Shown: positions 8,865 to 18,870, numbered from the stretch's first letter. The stretch: DNA of 64,000 bases from an uncultured bacterium (GCA_963713925.1 OY970212.1:32001-96000), one strand, 5' to 3'. The notes: a model not told the origin generated them from the sequence alone. Program-made: numbers and translations.

Positions 8865-9821
8865 TTAAAACTTATAACGAAGGCCGAAGGTAACAGGAAA
8901 CAGGATCTCTGCACCAATTTTTGCTGTATTAATGCTAAGTGAAGACAATTCTGTTACCGGAATAACGACGTTGTGACATGATGGTCCCCATCCTGCAACA
9001 ATTTCTGCAGCAATCATCAATGACCAGTCACAATTCAAGCAAATATCTACGCCTACTTCACCAGTAGCACTGAATGAGGTGCTGCTTTTGAAAATATTAA
9101 ATGATGGGGTGGTTGAGCTTTCAACCATACTGGTAAATGAAGATTCAACGAAACCACGGACACCAAAGTGATGGAGGAGCCCAGCTTTTATGCCAAGGAA
9201 CCATGCCATGTCTCCAAGAAAATCGCGAGGGAAGCAACGCATACGGTCAAAGTTGTAGCGATAACCAAAGTATGCACTTGCGTTTTCATATTTCGTCAGG
9301 TTGATATGGAGCAGAACTGGAACAGCCGCAGGATTCGTCACATTTGCTGCGAAATATTCATGCCTCTTTGGTGCTTGTACGTAATTGAACTGTAAAACCA
9401 CTTCATGATGTGTGTTGACTGCATAACCAAGTGTTGCCCCAATGGTCCATGGTGTTCTGAAAAGCTCATTAAACTTTGGAATCTTTATGCCGGTAATTGC
9501 TGTTTCTGCACAGTCGCTTTTACAACTGAATGACTCAATGAAAAATGGTGAAACACAGTTCGCATTGCAGCCCGTAGTACAATTTGTTGAACATGGACTG
9601 GTGGCAGCTGTGCTCAAAAAGCTCATGCAGCCACGATTTTTCCAGATGATTGGTGAAAGACCGCTCTGTAATCGAATATTGAATCCATCGGGATACAATG
9701 TATTTTTTGTACATTTTCGCACTTTATTGCAAGACGAATAATCAAATTGACATGCATTACCGAAAAGGCTGCTTGTTGAAACTAACAAGAGTGCAAGGGA
9801 TGCAAGCTTGATCTGCTTCAT
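8865..9821 (-). CDS. Cys-rich putative outer-membrane beta-barrel protein
   Basis: GAGGAG RBS, signal peptide, Cys-rich N-region, amphipathic strands, C-terminal FGLRYKF beta-signal. Confidence 0.65.
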   Translation of the reverse strand: MKQIKLASLALLLVSTSSLFGNACQFDYSSCNKVRKCTKNTLYPDGFNIRLQSGLSPIIWKNRGCMSFLSTAATSPCSTNCTTGCNANCVSPFFIESFSCKSDCAETAITGIKIPKFNELFRTPWTIGATLGYAVNTHHEVVLQFNYVQAPKRHEYFAANVTNPAAVPVLLHINLTKYENASAYFGYRYNFDRMRCFPRDFLGDMAWFLGIKAGLLHHFGVRGFVESSFTSMVESSTTPSFNIFKSSTSFSATGEVGVDICLNCDWSLMIAAEIVAGWGPSCHNVVIPVTELSSLSINTAKIGAEILFPVTFGLRYKF

Positions 9822-10020
9822 AATTTTCTCCTCATTACAAACGCTTTTTGGGGATATCTTAATGAGAATTTGTAGGAGCAAGCAATAAAAACTTTAAAAG
9901 CGCAACAGCAATGGACCTTCTGGCTTCCATGTACCAATTTTTGTTATTATGCAAATAAAAGGTACATTTGCTCAATTTTATTTTTGATAAGAAATCGCAT
10001 CCGAAAAAGGATAATTAGCT

Positions 10021-11400
10021 ATGAAGATATCGAGATTGCAGTGGATTATTATCGGATTATGCGTAATCGGTATCCTGGTTGTGGGGATTGCGACATATCG
10101 CTCCCACAGACTCTTGCATGCCGCTGAGCAAGTGTATGTGTATGCGTATCCGCTTGTATTGATGGACGTGACTGAAAAAATTATGACTCATAATGGAACA
10201 TATAAAAATCAATTTATCAACGTTCCTGAATTTCCTACGGAGAATTTTAAACATATTGTTCGTCCCAATGTAGACACGCTCTATTCATTTGCATGGCTTG
10301 ATTTAGCTCAAGAGCCGCAGATAGTATCGGTTCCTGATACGGGCGATCGCTATTATTTAGTGGAAGTTTTGGATGCTTGGACTAACGTTTTTGCATCACT
10401 CGGCAAACGCACGACTGGCACTCAGGCTCAAAACTTTATTATCGTTGGCCCAGGTTGGCAGGGAATTGTGCCACATGAGTTTACCAAAATTCAAGCTCCT
10501 ACCAACATGGTTTTGCTTTTAGCACGCACACAAACGTATGGTAAAAAAGATTATGCTCATGTGCATGATATCCAAGAAGGATATGTAGTTATCTCATTGA
10601 GCAATTGGGGTAAAACAGACACTCAAAAATTAATGCCGATCCCCAAAGATACTGCCAATCAAACGCAACAAGCGCCAGTAGACCAAGTAGCTGCAATGGA
10701 CGCACAAACTTTTTATACCTTATTTGCGCGATTACTTAAACAGAATCCTCCTGCTGCTGCTGCTGATGGGCCTATGATTGAAAAACTCAAGCAGTTTGGT
10801 TTTGAACGAGGCAAGGATTTTGAGTTCAACAAATTGAGGGCAGATTTGAGAAAAGCATTAAGCAACTCGATGAAAAAAGCTTTCAGAGCTATTGCTACAA
10901 AAAAAGATACGCTTAAAAACGTACATGGTTGGGGCGTGATGTATAATATCGGAACCTATGGCACCGATTATACTACGCGCGCAATGGTTGCTTATATCGG
11001 CATAGGCGCAAATCTACCGGAAGATGCCTTGTATCCTACGGCTTTTGTAGATGCTCACGGCAATCCTTTGAATGGCAAAAATAATTATCGTATTCATTTT
11101 GCTAAAGGCCAATTACCGCCAGCCAATGCTTTTTGGTCTATCACGCTGTATGATGCACAAAGTTTTCTGGCGAAAAATTCTCTGAATCGCTATTCGCTTA
11201 ATGATCAAGATCCATTACATTTTAACCCTGATGGTTCGCTTGACGTGTACATTCAGCATGAATCGCCAGGCGTTAATAAGCAAGCTAATTGGCTTCCGGC
11301 ACCGCAAGGCGCATTTAACCTCACGATGCGTTTATATTGGCCAAAAAGAGAGGCATTAGATGGCAGTTGGAATCCACCAGCGATTGAAAAGGTTATGTAA
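10021..11400 (+). CDS. DUF1254/DUF1214 domain protein
   Basis: YVYAYPLVLM, RPNVDTLYSFAWLDL, PPANAFWSITLY, NWLPAP..LRLYWP-type motifs. Confidence 0.9.
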   Translation: MKISRLQWIIIGLCVIGILVVGIATYRSHRLLHAAEQVYVYAYPLVLMDVTEKIMTHNGTYKNQFINVPEFPTENFKHIVRPNVDTLYSFAWLDLAQEPQIVSVPDTGDRYYLVEVLDAWTNVFASLGKRTTGTQAQNFIIVGPGWQGIVPHEFTKIQAPTNMVLLLARTQTYGKKDYAHVHDIQEGYVVISLSNWGKTDTQKLMPIPKDTANQTQQAPVDQVAAMDAQTFYTLFARLLKQNPPAAAADGPMIEKLKQFGFERGKDFEFNKLRADLRKALSNSMKKAFRAIATKKDTLKNVHGWGVMYNIGTYGTDYTTRAMVAYIGIGANLPEDALYPTAFVDAHGNPLNGKNNYRIHFAKGQLPPANAFWSITLYDAQSFLAKNSLNRYSLNDQDPLHFNPDGSLDVYIQHESPGVNKQANWLPAPQGAFNLTMRLYWPKREALDGSWNPPAIEKVM

Positions 11401-11552
11401 TTAAGCCCCCTTCACAAGATGCCTGGTTTTTATACTTTCAATCAAATATTGTGGCTTTAAATTCTTTATAAAATATATAATCGATATTATAAATCCGTCA
11501 CTTTTTTAGAAATGTTAACTCATGTATAACCTTCTATATTCGAGGTCTCATT

Positions 11553-12017
11553 ATGATAATACGCATTAACGCTTTTACTCAAAGTCATGGTAATACAATA
11601 CCTAAAAAATATACCTGTGACGGAGAAGATATTTCTCCTGAAATTATCTGGGATGAAGTGCCTGAAAAAACGGAAAGTTTTGTGCTTATTATGGAAGGTC
11701 TTGATGTTCCTCATAGAAGCAATCCCTTAGTATTATGGGTTGTCTATAATATTCCCGGTACAGCACGAAACATAGCATCAAATTCTATTCCTAAAGAAGC
11801 AAAAGTCGGTATCAATGATTTAGGGAAAAAACAATATAATGGACCATGCCCAAAACCCGGAACGCATCATCAAAGATATCGTGCTACATTATATGCATTA
11901 GACAAAACATTTGTGTTTTTACCTGATGATGTAACAAAAGAAGTTCTTGTGAAAGCCATGAAAAATCACGTTTTAGGAACGGCCGAAGAAATTGCTTTTG
12001 GTGAGCGACACGGATAA
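11553..12017 (+). CDS. YbhB/YbcL family Raf kinase inhibitor-like (PEBP) protein
   Basis: IPKKYTCDGEDISP, WVVYNIP, YNGPCP, YALD. Confidence 0.9.
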   Translation: MIIRINAFTQSHGNTIPKKYTCDGEDISPEIIWDEVPEKTESFVLIMEGLDVPHRSNPLVLWVVYNIPGTARNIASNSIPKEAKVGINDLGKKQYNGPCPKPGTHHQRYRATLYALDKTFVFLPDDVTKEVLVKAMKNHVLGTAEEIAFGERHG

Positions 12018-12094
12018 ACCTCAGCTAAATAGCAATTGCTTGATGTTCAAAATTAAGGTATAAACCGTTCATCGAGTCTTCAATGCCAACGATA

Positions 12095-12157
12095 CATTAA
12101 AAAGGATAAGCCGGCTTTCTACCCCAAGAATAGAAAGCCGGCTTATCCTTTTTAATG
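12095..12157. terminator. Perfect 27-bp inverted repeat, bidirectional terminator-like
   Basis: CATTAAAAAGGATAAGCCGGCTTTCTA-9 nt-TAGAAAGCCGGCTTATCCTTTTTAATG between convergent genes. Confidence 0.75.
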
Positions 12158-12212
12158 AAAAACCCTTAGGGCCCGTTGGGTTTTTATAACATCACTGAAG
12201 TCGCTTTCAATC

Positions 12213-12417
12213 GTTCGTATGGTTCGACTAACGCTTATACCCCTAATTTCGCTTACGCTGCATTGGGGACCCCGAAATCACGAACGCGTGGAACTTTCCT
12301 GTAACCCCAATTAGTCTTTTTTTATTTTTTCGCGTTCGTGGGGTCCCCAATCGTAACGTCAGTGGTGATTGGGGTTATCATGGTGAGTGTAGCGTAGCGG
12401 AATCGAACCATACGAGC
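12213..12417. repeat. Inverted pair of REP-like family A units, each with a nested family B element
   Basis: GTTCGTATGGTTCGACT..CACGAAC and GTTCGTG..TCGAACCATACGAGC; nested ACCCC..ATTGGGGACCCC and GGGTCCCCAAT..ATTGGGGT. Confidence 0.75.
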
Positions 12418-12453
12418 TTCCAAATTTTTTACACTTTCAAAACTCAACAGAAC

Positions 12454-14271
12454 CTAGATCGAATTCACGTTATTTCCAAAACGAAAATCCTGTTTAATAA
12501 TATCAAACACTCGATCAAAGTGGGCAATGCCAGGCTTAAGTGTATATGTACTCTTAAAAATGCCATCAGTAATTTTGACTTCCATAGTGTGGTTGCGCAC
12601 TCGTTCAGGATATTCTTTTTCAAGATTTGTAAGTTCCGGGTAATGCGTTACAAAAACGCACCCGATTGAAGAAATGCTCGCAAGCACTCGAGCGTATTCG
12701 CAGGCAAGCTCTTGTCCTTTTTGAAAGCTGGTGCCTTTGAATAATGAATCATCTACTAATAAAAGCACGGGAGCTTTATCTTGAAATAAGCGGGCAGTTT
12801 CAATTGACGCTTCAGCTTTGATCATCTCAGAAACCATTAATGATCTGTCTTTTGTGCTATCATCAGTAACAACAATGTGCGTCATTAAATGGGCAAAATA
12901 GGTCATTAGAAGTTCGTTTGCAGGAGCAATGCCATAGGTCTGTGCAAGAACAACTGCTCTTCCGATTGATTTCAAGAGACATGATTTTCCCGATTTATTA
13001 GGGCCAGTTAAAATTATCATTGACCCATGCGCTTTATCAAGATGCACTGCATTGCCAACAATTTCGGTCTTATTAATAGTGGTATCCCACAAATTATCTG
13101 CCAGAAAAACAGGGCTTACATCTTCAACAAACTCAACCATACATACAGGTCTATTGGCTTTTTGGCATTCAACATACCAAGATGCTACGCTTGTGAGAGC
13201 ATCAATATCGCCAATGAGGCTCAAAAGATTGTTCAATTCTGATGAATACTCCTTCATCATTGCATAATGCACCAATAATTTTCCCGATCGAGCAAATTTT
13301 TGGGATGATTGTTTTGCATATCTTTTATCGTGCAAGAACCGCCTCATCTTTTTATCATGCAGCATCGCAATAATCTTATTATACTCTTCGTTGGACAAAT
13401 CAAACAAAGAGGAGCGATAACCCATTTGCTCTATTTCCGAAACTAACACATCAGCCACATGCAAAGCTTTCTGCGCCATTGCAGTGCGATATGAAATTTG
13501 ATCAAGCACATTACGCTCAAATGTAATCTGGTCCCACATCTCTTTCACCCCACCAATATGGAGGGCAAAATGGATCCCTTTGATTGCCGTAAATCCATAG
13601 CGGAGAATTGATGATGCACCTGCAGGTGCCTCAAGATGATTTATACAAACATGACCATGATGTCCATGCCCTTCATGAGTACATTCGTGATTACTCGATT
13701 CACCAAACCATGTGGCCATACGGTCGAGCCCGAAATGCAAGAGAAGATGCTCAAACAGTGGGCCAAACAGGCCGAAATACTTACCTACTGAGAGCACATC
13801 CAGCGCAAAGGAAGATCTATTACAGAATTGTAAAAGACGACTGGAATAGTAAAATGATTGAACTGCACGCTCTGCAATCGGATCAAGATCAACAGAAATT
13901 TTCTGAAGATATAACTCATACTCACGGAACTCTTTCAGCAGTTTCTGTAGTCGAATGAGTCTTTGCTCATCATTTATAACATGAGATATTAATACAGCTC
14001 TTTGTTTCACAACCATTTTGTCCTGAGGAATATGAACCAAATGATCTGCAATACGTTTACTTCCTATAATTGTCTGAGTTCTGCCAATGTTATTGAGGAA
14101 ACAGTCTGTTTGATCTTTAGATACAATATTCAAATCTCTTATCAGATCGGCTGAATAAAAAAGTGTATCAGATATACTCTGGTGGTCGTGATCAAGTGAA
14201 TCGCAGGAGCATACATTGGAAAATAAAAGCAATATGAATACAATTGATTTAATTGCATTTTGAAATAACAT
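12454..14271 (-). CDS. MutS-related ATPase (domain V) with N-terminal signal-like sequence and His-rich insert
   Basis: ILTGPNKSGKS, VLAQTYGIAPA, LLVDD..KGT, FVTHYPELT, YTLKPGI. Confidence 0.8.
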   Translation of the reverse strand: MLFQNAIKSIVFILLLFSNVCSCDSLDHDHQSISDTLFYSADLIRDLNIVSKDQTDCFLNNIGRTQTIIGSKRIADHLVHIPQDKMVVKQRAVLISHVINDEQRLIRLQKLLKEFREYELYLQKISVDLDPIAERAVQSFYYSSRLLQFCNRSSFALDVLSVGKYFGLFGPLFEHLLLHFGLDRMATWFGESSNHECTHEGHGHHGHVCINHLEAPAGASSILRYGFTAIKGIHFALHIGGVKEMWDQITFERNVLDQISYRTAMAQKALHVADVLVSEIEQMGYRSSLFDLSNEEYNKIIAMLHDKKMRRFLHDKRYAKQSSQKFARSGKLLVHYAMMKEYSSELNNLLSLIGDIDALTSVASWYVECQKANRPVCMVEFVEDVSPVFLADNLWDTTINKTEIVGNAVHLDKAHGSMIILTGPNKSGKSCLLKSIGRAVVLAQTYGIAPANELLMTYFAHLMTHIVVTDDSTKDRSLMVSEMIKAEASIETARLFQDKAPVLLLVDDSLFKGTSFQKGQELACEYARVLASISSIGCVFVTHYPELTNLEKEYPERVRNHTMEVKITDGIFKSTYTLKPGIAHFDRVFDIIKQDFRFGNNVNSI

Positions 14272-14533
14272 AAAAATCCTAACAATGGGGGAAAATGGTA
14301 TCTATCTGGTAGAAAATGGAATTAATGTGAGATAAAAAATAACTCTAATAAAAGTATGCAAAAGAATATCAAATCAGGTTAATCTCGTCAAAATGGCATA
14401 TCGTATCTCGTAGTCTGAATCACAATTATGCAAGCCTATAATGTTGATTCTATAACGAGACCGTATTGCATACCTCAAAAAATTGTTTCTATTAATTCGT
14501 AGTTTTATGAGATCTGGCTACCAGAAGCAGGAC

Positions 14534-16228
14534 CTAACCTCCGAAAGTGAATGCATATAAAGATACATTCTCGGGTACCTGTAATGTAAGGGTATGACGC
14601 CCCATTGGTTTTTTAAAGTCAAGAACCTTATACATACGTGACGTATTTACTTTAATTTCACCCTGACTATTCATATCATCCGTGTAAAACTCCGGTGGTA
14701 ATGGCTGACCATCGAGCATAACAGTAACCAAGCTCGGTTTTTCTGCTGACATTACAAGGTATACGTGTTGCCCAATAAAGTTTAATGACAATCGAGCATC
14801 GCTTCCCTTTGAAGTAATAGATTCAGACAAAACAATCCACTTACCCTTCAAACCGACTTCGTCGGGCGCGAGCACAGTATGGTAATCATAGGCCATCGTT
14901 TTATCATGCTCTATTGTCAGTTCACTTGTATAATGTTCTGCTCGCTTATAGCCCAAATATATCTCAGGGGTTTGCTGTGATAGCGCTTGTTGCTTTTCAC
15001 TTTCTACGAGCGGAGCAAGCCCCAAAAGTGAACGTATCTTATTTTCTGTTTTTACATATTCGCCTTCACCAAAGTGGATGTACTGTATGACGCCCTGTTT
15101 ATCTATCAGATAGTGGGCTGGCCAGTAACGATTATGATATGTCTTCCAAGTGGCAAAGTTATTGTCGAGCGCCACAGGATACTCGATTTCAAATCGCTTA
15201 ACGGCATCTTTAACATTCGTCGAACTTTTTTCAAATTCAAACTCTGGGGTATGGACTCCAACGATAACCAATCCTTGATTCTTATATGTGGCGTACCACT
15301 TTTTAAGAAAGGGAAGTGTCCGCACACAATTAATGCAGCTGTATGTCCAAAAATCGATCAATACGACGGAACCTTCTAATTGTTTTATGGTGAGTGCAGG
15401 TGAATTGATCCATTCAATAATTCCTGTAAATTCCGGTGCGCGGGCACCAATGACCGGTGCAGGTGAACTATTGCTCATCGAAGCTCCTTGTAAAGTATCT
15501 AATTCTTTTTTAACATACGTGTTCTCTTCAATCTTTATTGTAGGAAAATATTTAAGAGCAAATTGCTGCAAAATAACGTCAAAATGAAATGCTATCGCAC
15601 ATGCACCAAGTATCATCAATACGCCAAATATTTTACGAATGGCTTCTGTATAAGGAGCAATTGCACTTATTGATGTAACGATCCTATTTCCACCATATAT
15701 AATGAAAAACATGGGCAATGCGGTGCCACAGCTATATGCTATGGTTACCATAACAGTGCTCCACGTTATCGACCCTGTTGCCACGAGCGTAGTAACGGTT
15801 GCTAAAATAGGTCCAGCACATGGTGCCCAGATTAAACCCAATGCAATTCCCAAAATAAATCCTGAAGCAAATCCCGTTCCCGCTGTGCTCGCACCTTGTA
15901 TTTTATTTCCCAAACCCGCAAGAGGCGCCGTAAATAGGAAAAATAATTTTTCAATCCGGGGGAATAGCAATGTCAGTCCAAAAAATAGTATGAGCCCCAG
16001 AGAAATGTATCGTAAAACATCGGGGGAAACACCCGTTGCATGCACGAGTCCCGTGAGCGATAACGTAAAAAACGTAAAGCTCATAATTAATCCGATGATG
16101 ATCCCATAGGGACGATACTTCCCTTGCCCCACTCCTGCAGAAAGAAGCAAAGGCAATACCGGAAGTATGCAGGGAGAAAGCACTGTAATAATACCCGAGA
16201 GAAAAGCAAACATCAGCAATAATAACAT
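14534..16228 (-). CDS. dipZ: Cytochrome c biogenesis protein DipZ-like (CcdA/DsbD TM domain + thioredoxin domain)
   Basis: LSPCILPVLP, WAPCAGPIL, IDFWTYSCINC, GVHTPEFEFE, YAFTFG. Confidence 0.9.
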   Translation of the reverse strand: MLLLLMFAFLSGIITVLSPCILPVLPLLLSAGVGQGKYRPYGIIIGLIMSFTFFTLSLTGLVHATGVSPDVLRYISLGLILFFGLTLLFPRIEKLFFLFTAPLAGLGNKIQGASTAGTGFASGFILGIALGLIWAPCAGPILATVTTLVATGSITWSTVMVTIAYSCGTALPMFFIIYGGNRIVTSISAIAPYTEAIRKIFGVLMILGACAIAFHFDVILQQFALKYFPTIKIEENTYVKKELDTLQGASMSNSSPAPVIGARAPEFTGIIEWINSPALTIKQLEGSVVLIDFWTYSCINCVRTLPFLKKWYATYKNQGLVIVGVHTPEFEFEKSSTNVKDAVKRFEIEYPVALDNNFATWKTYHNRYWPAHYLIDKQGVIQYIHFGEGEYVKTENKIRSLLGLAPLVESEKQQALSQQTPEIYLGYKRAEHYTSELTIEHDKTMAYDYHTVLAPDEVGLKGKWIVLSESITSKGSDARLSLNFIGQHVYLVMSAEKPSLVTVMLDGQPLPPEFYTDDMNSQGEIKVNTSRMYKVLDFKKPMGRHTLTLQVPENVSLYAFTFGG

Positions 16229-16323
16229 TCTTTTTACCTACCGTTTTCAATGAGCATTGTATGAAAATTGTATTTCAAGCTTTTCCTGCGCCTCGCTTGC
16301 CACAAACGATTATGTCTATCGTC

Positions 16324-16367
16324 CCGTTCGTGGCGAGCAGAGTGCAACGGAGTCGAACCATACGAAC
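16324..16367 (+). repeat. REP-like family A unit (single)
   Basis: CCGTTCGTGGCGAGC..GGAGTCGAACCATACGAAC matches units at 12213-12417 and 53847-53890. Confidence 0.7.
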
Positions 16368-16487
16368 TTCCTTATTGAATTTTCGGTTAAGTTTTTAATA
16401 TTCAAGGGCCATAAATCTCCATGACTCTTTAAATCTGGAGATATAAGGCCCTCATTGTTTTTTAAAACACAATCTTTTAAATGAGTA

Positions 16488-16841
16488 TTATTTTTTTGCT
16501 TTTTTATCGACAAGCTCAAGAAGCTCTTTTGCGGCTTTTACAATTTCCTTGTGACCTTTTTTTTCTGCCTGAGCGATTGTATGAACGAGAGCAGAACGTT
16601 GCACTTCCTTTAAATCTCCATGGGGATATTCATAATGCTGTTTTACGTTATCAGGAAATTGATCATTTTTACCTAAAAACCATTCTCCATATTCGCTCAT
16701 ATCATGAACATCTATAAACCGTTCTACCTCTGATGGTGTGGGCTTTTCTGCTTCCCAGTTAGAATCAAATGATTCAATCTCACCTGCTTTGATAAGATAC
16801 TTTGCGCGATCAACTGCCGCCTTGTTCAATGTGATAGCCAT
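16488..16841 (-). CDS. Conserved hypothetical protein
   Basis: GGGAG RBS; MAITLNKAA..YGEWFLG..YEYPHGD..VQRSAL globular protein. Confidence 0.7.
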   Translation of the reverse strand: MAITLNKAAVDRAKYLIKAGEIESFDSNWEAEKPTPSEVERFIDVHDMSEYGEWFLGKNDQFPDNVKQHYEYPHGDLKEVQRSALVHTIAQAEKKGHKEIVKAAKELLELVDKKAKK

Positions 16842-16898
16842 TTTACACTCCCATATTTTAACAAACACTATATATTCTAAGGATACAACTACGCGGAT

Positions 16899-17276
16899 TT
16901 ACTTCTTGAGCAACTTCTGAATTTGCTCTTCGAGTTTTGCAATTTTTTCTCCGTATAGTTTGAGTAAGTTTTGCATTGCAGCCAAGGAGACCACTTCAAA
17001 ATCTGATCCGGAAACAACATCTTCAGCAACAATTTCAAGCGTTGCCGGCTCTTGTGACTCTTGCAACTCTCGTACAGCACGGGTGATTTCTGCTCCATTC
17101 AAAAATAACTGGCCCGTCACCCACAGACAATTCACACATAACTTATCTATTTTTTTAACTTTATCGCGCACATCAGCTTGAACGGTCTCTGAGTCGTGTA
17201 GAGAAATGCTCGCTGTTTCTTCTTGTGCTGATGCCAAAAAGGGAACAAAAAAGAATAGAATGATGGCTGATTTCAT
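16899..17276 (-). CDS. Secreted hypothetical protein with C-terminal coiled coil
   Basis: AAGGA RBS, signal peptide ending ASA. Confidence 0.65.
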   Translation of the reverse strand: MKSAIILFFFVPFLASAQEETASISLHDSETVQADVRDKVKKIDKLCVNCLWVTGQLFLNGAEITRAVRELQESQEPATLEIVAEDVVSGSDFEVVSLAAMQNLLKLYGEKIAKLEEQIQKLLKK

Positions 17277-17391
17277 AGTAGGAATCCTTTTGGAAAAAGA
17301 GTATGATCATTTTGCTTTTCGCCTTGATAATAGTCAGGCGCTACTTGCTAAGTCAATGATCCCATGCTTCAAAAAAAGAAAGGAGAAAATC

Positions 17392-18000
17392 ATGAAACGC
17401 TTTTGTCTGTTCCTACTTTCAATACTTGTCATGCGTGCATATGGCGCGGAAGAACAAGCTCAAAAACCATGTTGTCCAAATCTTCAAACTATTGCTTACA
17501 AAGCAACTTCATTTCTCGCAAACTTATTTTTTATCAGAAATGATTATCTTTACCTGGCTTACTCAGATGATATCTGGCGACTACAGATGAAGTTGCAGGT
17601 AAAAGAAGAAATCGAAGATGTTGATCGCTACTATTCACGATATAGATATTTAATTAATGGAAACGATATTCCTATTTATTATACTCCGCTGCATGAAGCA
17701 GTAGAGAGGGGACATCTGAAAGCTGTTCTTATGCTTGTGGATGCCGGAGCTGATAAAAATAAATGCATACGATTCAACAGCCTCCTCCCTCATGAAAAAG
17801 CTAAACATTGCGATACCTTCCTTATCGTACGGTCTTCGGCTGGAACAGAAAGAATCGAGAACCAAGCGGCTCAAGAAAAGATTGAAAAATGGAAAAGCTC
17901 ACACCATGTTGGACTTTCAGCGCTTGACTTGGCACAAAAATTGATGGCTGAAGATTGGTCGACGGAACGAGGACGAATCATGCTATTTTTAACAAAATAA
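17392..18000 (+). CDS. Secreted ankyrin-repeat protein
   Basis: AAGGAG RBS; signal peptide; TPLHEAVERGHLKAVLMLVDAGAD; SALDLA. Confidence 0.8.
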   Translation: MKRFCLFLLSILVMRAYGAEEQAQKPCCPNLQTIAYKATSFLANLFFIRNDYLYLAYSDDIWRLQMKLQVKEEIEDVDRYYSRYRYLINGNDIPIYYTPLHEAVERGHLKAVLMLVDAGADKNKCIRFNSLLPHEKAKHCDTFLIVRSSAGTERIENQAAQEKIEKWKSSHHVGLSALDLAQKLMAEDWSTERGRIMLFLTK

Positions 18001-18011
18001 GAATAATAGTT

Positions 18012-18821
18012 ATGACTCACATTAAAAAAATAGTTCGCGGCGTCGTATCAGCATCGCTGATATGTTCTATTCCATTATATGCCACAAAATTAGAGAGGGG
18101 ATCTATGAGCGTTTCAAATACCAAAGGATATTTTATACGAAGAGCAAAAGAGCGCGGCCATTTGAGTCATGGGTGGCTCGATACATTCCACACTTTTTCT
18201 TTTGCCGATTATCATGATCCAAACTACATGGGTTTTCGTACCTTGCGCGTTATTAATGAAGACACCATAGCCCCCGGGCAAGGATTCGGCACACATGCTC
18301 ACGACAACATGGAAATCATCACCGTCATGCTCAAAGGGGAAATAGCGCACAAAGACAGCATGGGCAATGAGCACATCATTCATGAACATGAGATTCAAGC
18401 AATGAGCGCGGGCACCGGTGTGCGCCATAGTGAATACAATCCATCAAAAACGAATAGTTCTCACCTTTTGCAAATTTGGATTATTCCTGACACAAAAGGG
18501 ATCAAGCCGCGTTATCAAGAAAAGAAATTGCCTCAAAAAGTAAATACATGGATCTTGCTTGCATCAAAAACAGGTGAACAAGATTCATTGCCGATTCAGC
18601 AGGATGTAAAGTTATACACGCTCAGCTTAGCTCCCGGGAGCACCATAGACAGACAATTGGATGCAAACCGCTATGGCTGGATACAAGTTATGGAAGGTGA
18701 TCTGACTTTAAATGATGAACAGCTACATGCGGGCGATGGCGTTGCGCTCGATCAAGAGCTACGCATAACTCTCAAAGCGGAACAAAAAGAAGCAAAATTG
18801 TTATTTTTTGATTTGAACTAA
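18012..18821 (+). CDS. Pirin family protein (YhhW-like); alternative start at 18105
   Basis: HGWLDTFHTFSFADY, LRVINED, GFGTHAHDNMEI, MSAGTGVRHSEYN, LQIWI. Confidence 0.9.
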   Translation: MTHIKKIVRGVVSASLICSIPLYATKLERGSMSVSNTKGYFIRRAKERGHLSHGWLDTFHTFSFADYHDPNYMGFRTLRVINEDTIAPGQGFGTHAHDNMEIITVMLKGEIAHKDSMGNEHIIHEHEIQAMSAGTGVRHSEYNPSKTNSSHLLQIWIIPDTKGIKPRYQEKKLPQKVNTWILLASKTGEQDSLPIQQDVKLYTLSLAPGSTIDRQLDANRYGWIQVMEGDLTLNDEQLHAGDGVALDQELRITLKAEQKEAKLLFFDLN

Positions 18822-18824
18822 AAA

Positions 18825-18850
18825 AAGACCCGGCAAAAAAGCCGGGTCTT
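18825..18850. terminator. Intrinsic terminator
   Basis: AAGACCCGGC-AAAAAA-GCCGGGTCTT between convergent genes. Confidence 0.7.
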
Positions 18851-18870
18851 CTCAAATTCAAAAGTGAATT

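Noticed and set aside
12213..12417. Possible CRISPR array or integron attC sites
   Set aside because: No regularly spaced direct repeats with spacers, no cas or integron integrase in the window
14395..14472. Imperfect inverted repeat upstream of the MutS-like gene
   Set aside because: Too degenerate, single copy, no recognisable RNA family
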